Below are positions 45,101-53,536 of a stretch of DNA of 64,000 bases, one piece after another. The first letter of the stretch is position 1. Every line of letters begins with the position of its first letter. This DNA is from Owenia fusiformis (lineage: Eukaryota): positions 17,360,001 to 17,424,000 of the forward strand of contig CAIIXF020000001.1 in the NCBI GenBank assembly GCA_903813345.2. The letters are read 5' to 3'. Below the pieces are notes generated by a model that was not told where the DNA came from, did not search any database, and saw only the letters and a program-made list of their open reading frames with translations. The position numbers and the translations under genes are program-made.

Positions 45101-48100
45101 CTTGGAAAGACAACAATAAAGGTAGTTCCCAAAAAATAATTTCACCATTTTCATTATGACAAGAAATATTTGATGATTAACATTTGAAGTACAAATATTC
45201 ATACATGGCATATGAAAGATTTGGATTGTATATATGAAATATATTATATAGATTTGACTATGTTTAATCAGACAGCATAGATTATTTGGGATAATGAGAG
45301 GCGATCCAAAAGTATTGGATGCCCTTCTCTAATGTTGTTGGTATTTGATAAAATTACTTGAAACAAAGATAGAGCGGGGCGTCCAAGACTTTTTCATCAC
45401 CCCTCGTAATTGTATATGTCTGTCTGTTAGAAATTAATAATAATTAATGGTAAACGACTTTTATGTCACCTGCTCAAGGTATTGTTATTATAGTCTCCAA
45501 TTATTTGAGGATGATCTCGGTGGTCGGTGTATGTAACAAATGGTAGTTGGTGACATCAAGGGAATTTGAAATTTGTCGCATCAATTCTCTCAGTTTCACG
45601 ATTTAGCCGATGCAGATATAAGCAAATATTATTTGAATGTTGTTGGGCTAATGGTTTGAATTGTGATATTAAATCATTTTGGTATTATACAGGGTGACCC
45701 AAAAAAAATGCAACCCTCCATTTCTCGAATATTTTTCTTAAATGGAGGTTAATTGCTCTGAAATTTGGCACACAAGGACTTCATTCAATGTGGGATCCTC
45801 TGGCAAAGTTTTAATAATCATAGTCTCATATTGATAGAGTTATGGTCGTTCCAAAATATGCTCCAAATGTCGTCCATTTCCAATGTTAGGTTTTCGGATG
45901 AGTCACATTCCCTTCTTTCTGAACATGTAAACTCAAGAAATAATGTGTTCTGGGATCACAAATTCCAGATAAAGTGATTCACAGGCCCCTACATTCTGTT
46001 AAATGCACAGGTTGGGCTGCCAATTTCCAAACATGAAATCATCAGCCCCTTTTGGTTTGAGGTTGATAATGGCAACACTGTTACTGTTAACACACAGCGC
46101 AATATTGGCGTTCCCAGGCAGTTTTAGAGTGACACAGAGGCTTTAATAGACAAGAACAGTGGTTCTAGAAGGATGGAGCTACTCCTCACACTTCTAATGA
46201 TAGCATAGCCTGGCTCACTAGTCATTTCTATGAGAAGATTATCTCTCCTAGGATGGAGGACCCATGGTCATCCCACAGTCTTGATCTCAATGCCTCTGAC
46301 TTCTATATACGGGGTTATTTAAAGGTTAATGTGTATGAAAATAACCCTTCCGCAATTGCAGAACTCCAATAAGCAATGGCTGCAAAAATTTGAGCCATAC
46401 CCATGGGGAAGAATGCATACGTGTTATAAACAGTTTTCCTTGGACATTGCAAGTTTGTTTTCAACGAAATTGACGACATCTGGAGCATATTTTGGAACAA
46501 CCATAACTCTATCAATATAAGACTATGATTATTAAAACTTTGCCAAAGGATCCCACATAGAATGAAGTCCTTGTGTGCCAAATCTCAGAGCAATTTACCT
46601 CAATTTAAGAAAAATATTGACGAAATGGAGGGTTGCATTTTTTTTGGGTCACCCTGTACAATTGTCTTTCCGTCAATATCCAATAAAATCCTCAGATATA
46701 ATTTCTTTAGATTGTGTACAGTACACATACAATGTACGGATACATACATATAACTTCATTGATAGACTATGAGTACTCTCTAGGTATAAATTAATGCTAA
46801 TATGATATTTCCAGATCAAACGTCTGATGTCACCATTACCATAAGGAAAAGACAACATCGTCGTCGGACAAACTGGTGAGAGCACAATTTTAAACATTTA
46901 ACTTAAAACTGCCATTTTGTTTTGCACGCCCTCAAATATGTTCACATGAACAGTAGATCTATAGGATATTTCCCATTAGATCGAAGAATCATTATAAGCT
47001 TTGATTACTGTAATTAACATCATGAATGCTTACTTGTTAAGCAGTTGAAATTGAAGACCGTTGGCGAATCAATGAGGATAATAATAATACCAGTATACGT
47101 ATAGGCCTTGGAATTTATTATGAATTGTTTATTTAGGAATAAACTGGTATACGTGTGGTACACTGTGGTTGTCAACACCAATGATGCCCAGGATATAGGC
47201 TGGAAGAAGCCACGAAGGCGTAATGTGACAAAGATCCTTCGAAAATACAAGCTGGAAAGATGTGTGGGTTGTAAGGGAAAGAAGAGTAAATTCAAGGCAT
47301 TTAGGGCGGCTAAAGCTCCAGCAGCTCCAGCGGTACAGGCTGGTGTAACGAATGCATGGAGAGCTGCAAATCCACGTAGGTTTTAAAATTAGGAAGTTTT
47401 AATCCAGTTATTCAATTATCCATTTAAAGATTGGAAATAGGTAGATATAGAGAACTACAAGGGGAACATAGGTTCCTAGTCCCTATATGAGGTATCCTTG
47501 GTCCCTTTCTGTATGTTCATAGATACATGCAGTACAGTACATGTACTGTATACTGAATGCAACACTAATCATACTCAAGCATGTCAAGGTTGGTTGATCT
47601 TAGATACTAATATTTGTTCATACAGGTATTCCACCTAGAAAGGTGCAGTGTTCTACTCTCACGAGAGGTCGCAAAGGAGACAAAGGAAGGCGTAAGAGAC
47701 AGTCAGATGCCTCTAGTGATGGCGAGGATGATGTAGTTTTCACAGATGATGATGGGTTAGTAAACTTTATATAAACTTTATATACTTACAAGCTCCCCAG
47801 AACCATTGTAAATGCTTTTGATTAACCTTTATACTTAATTTAATGAATCAATCACCATTATAATTTTTTATTCAAATGTTTTCAGGAATGAATTGGAAGG
47901 TGTGGAGTATGTAGTGGGTGTTGATGGTGAAGAGCCTGACCCTACATTTGTTGCTGAACCCAATGCTACTCTGCTAGAAGATAGCCTTAAGGCGGCAGGA
48001 GCTGAGGAATGTGGCTGTGAACCAAGCAAGCAGAATAAGGTCACCGTTACAGGGGATGTCCAAGAAAATGCTCCCATTGAAAAAGTTCTGAAGGATGCTG

Positions 48101-50467
48101 TACAGGAAGCTAATCCAGGTATGGTTTCATCTTTTCACAAATCTTTTTCTTGGACTGTTCTTTCTATTTCCCTCCCTCCCTGATTCCCTCCCCCATCTCA
48201 ATCCCTCTCTCCCCATTTCATACTATTTTTTACATGTCTATGTACGGTTTTACATAATTTGAAACATAGCTGCTGTTGAAAGCCAATGATTAATTACATT
48301 CAAAAATGTCAACCAAACGTTTTCATTTCGATTTTTGTTTTTCTTTTCAGATGTGCCAGAAAGTGATTACACTGTTTCATTACTTAAAGTTGAGCCAGGA
48401 ACCTGGGAACATGATGGAGAAACGTGAGTTGACTAACAGATTCAGAGTTATAATCCAAAATGTCTATGACCAATATACCAAATATAAATTTGATGAACAC
48501 TAGTATCAGATGTAAAAATATCTGTACAGTAAAACCTGTCTCGTCCGATTTAGCAAATTGTAAAAGACAAACTGCCTTATTCTAGGAAACCAGTTTCCAA
48601 ACTGACCTACAAAGTGTCATGTACAGGGGACGGATGTGATATAGGTGCCCTAGATACTGAGAGCCCACAACAGATAAACAGCACTATGCAGGGAGTACAG
48701 AGGTATGAATATGTGTTTTAAATGTAAACATGTCTTGAAATGTAAACACAATGAAAGGCATGAAAATCAAAAGAATAATTTTCATATTCATTCTTTCTTC
48801 TAAGTGAACATTGACAAGATTAACACTGAGGGATTAAAAAGTGGTCTAATTAATTTAATCCAACAGTAATACTTTAAATATTACTCTCTTAACTTAAAGG
48901 GTGATTCATCCTTTGCCATACCAAATTGATTAGTATTTCCAAGCTTATTCCTTCCAATTGAATTTAAGATATTTTCATTCAAATAATAATGACAATATTC
49001 TGGGTTTGTGCTGTTTAATGCAGAAAATCTCGGATATACGTTTATAAATAACACTTGTTGTATCCCTACATTCATTTACTAATTTCCTTAATTGACACAA
49101 TTTCCTATTTTTGCTATCAGAACAAAAGGTCGTGCGTTAAGTGTCCTAAAAGTGCCAGTATGTTACATGCATTATTACGAATTTTTATATTTCAAACTTT
49201 TAATAAACAGCATGTTTCATTTTCTTTTACTTTTTAGAATGGTTGTGATTGACCAAGGTGACATAAATATTCCTGAAGTCACAACTAAACCTGGTGATGT
49301 CACAACAAAACCTGGTGATGTCACAACTAAACCTGGCAGTGTCACAACTAAGCCAAGTGATGTCACAACTAAACAAAGTGGTGGCACATTGTCTCAGGTT
49401 TGAAACATATTCCCTAGATAGAATAAAACCTGTCCAATGAAAACATCTTTGGCACCAGCCAAAACTGTCTAGAATGTCCAATGGTGTAAAACAAAGGTTT
49501 TCTATTTGATTTCTTTTTCTACAAATCATAGCAGGATGCTGCTCATCTTCTAAATTACAAAGATATTGCAAAATTGATCGGGCATTCACTGACCCAGCTC
49601 ATGGAATGAATTGGAATACCCTTGGACCAAGCGTGCATAATGGTTCATCCAAAGGTTTTTGGGCTATCTGTAACTTGTGTGGACTAAGCCTGAACATGCA
49701 GATAGCCTACCTATAATTCTTATTTTGGATATTTAAATAGATTTGTTTTTAAAATTATATGACTGTTGTATTTCTGTTTGTTTCAGACTGGCTGGGACAC
49801 ATGGGCTATAGTAGCTTTAGTGTTGGGGGTTTTTGCTCTCTTCATTATTGGAATGGTACTCATCGTTTTAGTTTTAAGATTGTAAGTTGTATTTAATAGC
49901 CTTAAATTTTACAGAATCATTGTACTTAATGATTGAAAATCAATAACATTTTAATGAAGTTTGTTCTGTTTGTTATTTCTAATACAGTGTAGATACTGTA
50001 TAGTAGAGTGAAGTGGAGAACCAAAATATTAAAATGAACCATGTGAACTTACTTACTTATTGGTCAACTTACTTTCCAACACAAAATAGAATGCAAAATA
50101 TAATTCAAAACAACTTTTTGAAAAGTCGCATTTAGTTAAACTAATTGAGCAAAACATTTAAATGAATCGGGATTTCAGATTAAAACTTCTTAAAATCAAA
50201 TGTTTTATATTTCCATTGCTTTGCAGTACAAGAAGAAAGGGGAAATCACCTGACCAAGAATCTGGAAGATCAAGCGAGGACAAAAATAACATTATAGTAC
50301 ATCATCACAATGGTCATCCCAATAATCACCAGAGGGGCCATAAGCGTGCAACTAAACGATCAAATTCCCCTACAAGGTCAAAAAATAACACAGGCTTTGG
50401 CTATTATGATTCAAGTGAACCTTATGGTATCAATGGACCATTACATTACGAAGCTAAGGTTCTTTAA
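146..50467 (+). CDS. Giant single-pass membrane protein with ~53 tandem SEA/ferredoxin-like repeats, 2 PAN/apple modules, T/P stalk, TM helix and cytoplasmic tail (5'-partial; 101 exons, ~6,150 aa in window)
   Basis: Hand-traced exons with AG acceptors and GT donors (one GC donor); phases match at every junction: 146-200, 508-828, 956-1212, 1723-1777, 2147-2182, 2417-2743, 2906-3195, 3391-3436, 3610-3936, 4051-4292, 4842-5078, 5432-5492, 6045-6301, 6457-6520, 6723-6997, 7228-7291, 7431-7708, 7939-7990, 8265-8548, 8789-8852, 9082-9350, 9545-9781, 10059-10116, 10263-10580, 10769-11098, 11354-11610, 11721-11787, 12101-12384, 12493-12556, 12799-13122, 13225-13496, 13709-13769, 14004-14299, 14519-14570, 14717-14827, 14977-15113, 15383-15785, 15932-16194, 16333-16387, 16691-17017, 17279-17562, 17836-17899, 18060-18355, 18482-18533, 18650-18808, 18907-19140, 19518-19656, 19854-19971, 21122-21179, 21328-21581, 21773-21827, 22073-22347, 22488-22554, 22759-23042, 23229-23289, 23925-24214, 24510-24564, 24865-25133, 25286-25597, 25797-26160, 26340-26629, 26819-26876, 27037-27414, 27632-27894, 27996-28053, 28450-28776, 28954-29231, 29353-29407, 30721-30885, 31227-31330, 31703-31760, 31923-32203, 32959-33016, 33178-33452, 33634-33685, 36630-36919, 37873-37942, 38120-38385, 38739-38793, 38986-39245, 39436-39499, 39713-39987, 40241-40295, 40474-40748, 41012-41078, 41230-41501, 42502-42598, 42938-43200, 43484-43559, 43775-44034, 44198-44252, 44865-45121, 46815-46875, 47137-47375, 47626-47755, 47886-48118, 48351-48423, 48586-48702, 49238-49397, 49787-49881, 50227-50467 (TAA). 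Recurrent motif: V.V.I..QEE....G | ...(W/Y/F)K(L/V).Y.(V/I)..DG ... F.(I/L).(L/F)...(I/V)...D....E.AL...W. The fold assignment is inferred from this pattern. Confidence 0.9.
4424..4760. mobile_element. MITE with ~75-bp TIRs, CAC...GTG termini and 5-bp TSD (Transib-like signature)
   Basis: caccccggaatagcctgacaacggtaaagt... is the inverse of ...actttaccgttgtcaggctattccggtgtg; ATTTT on both sides (4419-4423, 4761-4765). Confidence 0.8.
4842..5078 (+). CDS. PAN/apple domain exon 1 of the giant protein (phase 1-1, 237 nt)
   Basis: ECKWDIKAD...WLCQYKCMAMHWCTLFVYSANDKQCLLYS...NIYVCQET: six Cys with the C-x3-C-x5-C...C-x-L spacing typical of PAN/apple; ag|..|gtatgt boundaries. Confidence 0.8.
9545..9781 (+). 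CDS. PAN/apple domain exon 2 of the giant protein (phase 1-1, 237 nt)
   Basis: ECVSWTETK...ELCKPVCEMDPTCKAFNYMQSTQNCVLHE...FNLFQCTRE: same Cys spacing, exon length and phase as 4842-5078. Confidence 0.85.
20177..21066. mobile_element. Non-autonomous DNA transposon (~890 bp), ~20-bp TIRs, GACGT TSD
   Basis: gcacggacctggggacaatt ... aattgtccccagtttcgtgc; GACGT at 20172-20176 and 21067-21071. Confidence 0.8.
29463..30595 (-). mobile_element. Internally deleted mariner element
   Basis: ~41-bp perfect TIRs cgaggggtgattcaaaagtaatggacaaaattttataggca, TA TSDs; ORF 30202-29864 is the mariner N-terminal HTH (IERWYKHFNEG...RSGRPK...DRRLT), then after a stop QKKVIELGGEYIED*, a mariner-type C-terminus; no DD34D domain. 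Confidence 0.92.
29864..30202 (-). pseudogene. Truncated mariner transposase (DNA-binding region only)
   Basis: Mos1/Hsmar-type HTH plus GRPK linker; ends before WVPH and the catalytic domain. Confidence 0.85.
31514..31669. mobile_element. Hairpin MITE (~156 bp, TA-flanked)
   Basis: tacaaagttgttgattttctttctcagagatattt...gacgttt versus aaacgtc...aaatatctctgagaaagaaaatcaacaactttgta (~55-bp inverted arms). Confidence 0.8.
32313..32793. mobile_element. MITE with TTAA flanks and purine-starting TIR (Kolobok-like)
   Basis: ttaa|aaggtggattggatcgaa ... ttcgatccaatccaccta|ttaa. Confidence 0.65.
34720..36235 (+). mobile_element. Helentron-associated HINE/DINE-1-like element
   Basis: 5' tttt-atgtccccacca subTIR with adjacent inverted copy gtggggccata, (GTCC/GTCT)n microsatellite, central tandem array, 3' subTIR tggtggggacat, short palindrome, end cttgtt. 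Confidence 0.85.
35301..36185. repeat. Satellite-like tandem array, ~162-163-bp unit, ~5.5 copies
   Basis: Unit start gcca(t/c)tttggatttt at 35301, 35464, 35626, 35788, 35951, 36114. Confidence 0.92.
37597..37695. repeat. Imperfect ~100-bp palindrome centred on ggccttcggcc (foldback MITE remnant)
   Basis: gataaagcat...ataagaaataata-cctcaggccttcggccttcggtg-tattatttcttat...atgctttatc. Confidence 0.65.
41583..42353 (+). mobile_element. Second HINE/DINE-1-like element (different family)
   Basis: tt-atcccaacgaac subTIR with adjacent inverted gttcgttagggat, (GTCC/GTCA)n microsatellite, 3' subTIR gttcgttgggat, palindrome actccgcggagt, CTAG-TT end. Confidence 0.88.
44299..44573. mobile_element. Tc1-like MITE
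   Basis: ta|ctcctcaaaaaaagttaaggaccagtg ... cactggtccttaacttttttgaggag|ta. Confidence 0.88.
45295..45408. mobile_element. Degenerate ~115-bp mariner-type mini-MITE
   Basis: The right end reads tacgaggggtgatgaaaaagtcttggacgccc on the - strand, resembling the TIR at 29461; the left arm gagaggcgatccaaaagtattggatgccc is decayed. Confidence 0.55.
45690..46656 (+). mobile_element. Degenerate DD41D (rosa-type, long-TIR) Tc1/mariner element
   Basis: TA TSDs, ~190-bp TIRs starting cagggtgacccaaaaaaaatgcaaccctccatttc; internal FSDES...W, then WF*KDGATPH-...-SLDLNASDF with 41 residues between the 2nd and 3rd catalytic D, then GYLKVNVY; stops/frameshifts; N-terminus missing. Confidence 0.88.
49278..49373 (+). 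repeat. Coding 21-bp tandem repeat (~4.5 copies) giving a VTTKP(G/S)(D/S) mucin-like stalk
   Basis: gtcacaac(t/a)aa(a/g)cc(t/a)(g/a)g.. repeated; translates VTTKPGDVTTKPGDVTTKPGSVTTKPSDVTTK in exon 49238-49397. Confidence 0.9.
49787..49881 (+). CDS. Transmembrane-helix exon of the giant protein
   Basis: TGWDTWAIVALVLGVFALFIIGMVLIVLVLR, followed in the next exon by TRRKGK (positive-inside); not in the ORF track. Confidence 0.9.
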
Positions 50468-51202
50468 CACACATTTTTTAAATACAAATTAGAATTAAAT
50501 ACTAATTCATGGAGTACACATTGATTTAGCACACATTTACATGTTCCAGAAAGACTATCAGAATATTAGAGTGCCCAGTGAAACAAAGCACATGTAAGTG
50601 CATTAAATTCCTAATATATAACCAATTGCTGTTTGAATCCATTTTAATCAAATGCCTATTGAAATTACTACGTTAACCAAAGACTGTACCACTTGAGTGA
50701 AGCCTGGTTTTTGGTTAAACCAAAAATAGAAATGATAACTGTTTTTAGTTTCAATATTTTATGATTCCTAAGGCCTGGCATCTACAAAAATATGTGTGGT
50801 CAATGATGTTATAATCTTTGAAACATATTTACCGGTAGTTGAAATGCTCAGTATATTTTATAAGAAATCTAGATAGACTAAGAGGACGTAGGTTTTAAAA
50901 ATAAGTACATCACATATTACAATATTTTAAGCATATATTTTTGTATTCACAATGCACCAGTACATGTACAGTATTTAGAATATATACTCACAAAGATTAT
51001 ATTTTCATATACAACTATTCAAAATGAAACATTTCATATATTTACCTGATCAAAAATGACCAAATGAGATGTTATTGTATCAAAATAATTGTATTGTACA
51101 TAATTGTACTTAAAACTATATGGAGTAAATGATGCATTTACATAGACTAAAGCAACAGTTAACCACATATGATTACATTTTGTAAACTTTTGATTTTTAA
51201 GT

Positions 51203-51208
51203 AATAAA
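51203..51208 (+). promoter_or_regulatory. Candidate polyadenylation signal of the giant gene
   Basis: AATAAA ~735 nt after the stop, followed by T-rich sequence; not unique in AT-rich DNA. Confidence 0.35.
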
Positions 51209-51364
51209 GCTGATTATTAAGTACCTGAACTACTTACAAAATTCTTGTTTCTGACTTTATTTTCTGCATATATAATAATCAACACACCTTATAAGACACA
51301 AGGTGTAACAAGTATATTCAACTTATATCCTGTGTTGTGTAAGGCATATCGACAGAACTACATA

Positions 51365-51950
51365 CGAGGGTATATCATAAAGTTCTCATAATATCTCTCT
51401 AATTTTTTTACTTTTCAATATATTCTGATGAATTTTTCACAGAATATGTAGTATAGAATGCTCCATTAATCTATCAAAAAATATTTGGTATAACAGAAAT
51501 ATTATTTAAGAAATGGTTTCCATAGTAACCGGAAATCAAGGCACACGGGGCAAATAAAAAATCGTGCAGGAAAAGTCCCAACTAACCATGTTTAAATGCA
51601 TAATAAGTTATCAAATAAGCTATGAAACACATCAAATTGTTAAATACCATGTATTCTTGACTTTTTTAAACTATTATAATGGTCATGTGAATTGTGTGAT
51701 CTCATAATGGATGATTGTAATGCTTCATTAGAAGTGATGTTAGACACTACAACTGTTTTGTCAAGTTTTCCAAGGAAAGTCGATTTTCCACTTTAGTTCA
51801 TCTTAAATAAATGATAGACCACGCATAGGGTGCAATTATGTTGATATCTTTGCAACATATTTGTTTAGATCATATTTAACATAACATTAGAATATATTGA
51901 AAAATAAAAAAATTAGAGAGATATTATGAGAACTTTATGATATACCCTCG
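51365..51950. mobile_element. Mariner-type MITE between the converging genes
   Basis: ta|cgagggtatatcataaagttctcataatatctctctaattttt ... aaaaattagagagatattatgagaactttatgatataccctcg|ta. Confidence 0.9.
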
Positions 51951-53536
51951 TATATATATAAACTTGTTATCACCGGGAATTAAAAAAGCAAAATAAAAAA
52001 CCTCAATAAAAAACTTAATACACTGTTTAACACCTTAACAGCTTCAAAATGTGAATGGTTTATCACCAATGCTGCACCCCTCCCCCAATTGTTGAATTTT
52101 TGCCTGTGTAACACTTCAGAAAGTTACAAAGGTTTTTGTCAATATAACAGTTAATAAAGATTGTCAATATTACTGAACATACATCATAGGGCAAATACTT
52201 GTGATAGAAATATGTAACTTGTATCTTAAACTAAAGTAGAAACAGCTCCCCGTATTAATCTGACAGGAATAGGTATTTTTATCCTGGCTAGGACCAAAGA
52301 CAGTTCAAGCCAGCACAGGCCTTTTATCGAGTTAGCAGCACGTTTTTGCTAAAATGCTTCGTATATTAACCCTGTTGTATATCAGGTACCTATGGTTACC
52401 CTACTTAAAAACATATCAATAAATTGATTAATGATACAAACCTACATCAAAGGAATGGGTATCCCACAGAATTACAATACTGCACCTATCAATTTATGAT
52501 CACTTAATGTCTTGGGGGAGAGGGTGGTGGTACATCATGTAAATAATATAGGTTTGTTAATGATTCAAGTCAAATCAAGTTCATGAAATACATCCTTCTG
52601 GGGCACTTTTTTATGTGATTTCATTGAATAATGTTTTTATTTAGGACATTGTATATCAACAGTTAATTAGATGCTTTAGAAACCAACCAAAGTTGCTGTA
52701 ATACAGTGACTTTGGAGTGCAATGTGCATTATGTATCACATGCCATGAAAATAAGGATATATTTACATTACATCAACTGATCAGGTTGCTTGAAATATTT
52801 CAGTCATCAAAGAAACATGATTATCATAAATCAATAGATGGACATCATTCTTCATGTGCATTGTTTGGATCCACTACCTGCATATAAAGAAACTAACTGT
52901 ATAATACTTAACTAACATATTTTTGGGTAATGACTTGAAACCAACATCAAATGACCCAAAGTTTGAAGACTGTTTTTCATGTACAATGTATATGCAATAT
53001 AATATAATAACAGCATAACATATTGAAAGAATAATACAAAATAAATTCAGCAGTCAAAACAACCTGTATTTTCAACTATAACAAACATGGGCGTTAGCTT
53101 AATTCTAAAAATTGCATTTTTCATTTCTAAAATCAAGTCTTATACAACATCAGATACAGCCTTTATTATGTAATATTATATTACACTTGGAAGCACCATT
53201 CATTATAAACTCAGTTCACAAATTCTTGAAACATGCATCTAGATTAACCCATATTTCCAATGCTTAACTATTGTACGCATATAAATATGGTTCATATATC
53301 ACACCCAATGTAATACTCTGTTATGTATACTCAATTATGTGTAATTGTCTTGGAAACTTGTTAATCAAGGAAGAGCTGATGGCACCATCTTCAACCGTTT
53401 TCAGCTTTCTATATTTCACCTCAGAAAGCATGAAAATAAACTTTCTAGATACTTCTAGATACTCATGCTGTGACAAAATTTAACAGCTAAATAGCAGTAC
53501 AGTTCTAAAGTAGGTATACACCAAGATAATTGTCAA

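Noticed and set aside
524-48183. Reading the ~100-aa + strand ORFs as an array of separate small genes or cassettes
   Set aside because: Each is bounded by AG/GT sites, its ends run into intron sequence, and the phases join into one continuous frame through the short exons
457-49589. Many minus-strand and alternative-frame ORFs in the ORF track
   Set aside because: They are antisense or off-frame shadows of the real exons, or intronic chance ORFs without coherent splice sites or protein features
50456-50467. C-terminal PDZ-binding motif
   Set aside because: The protein ends K-V-L; Lys at -2 fits neither class I nor class II consensus
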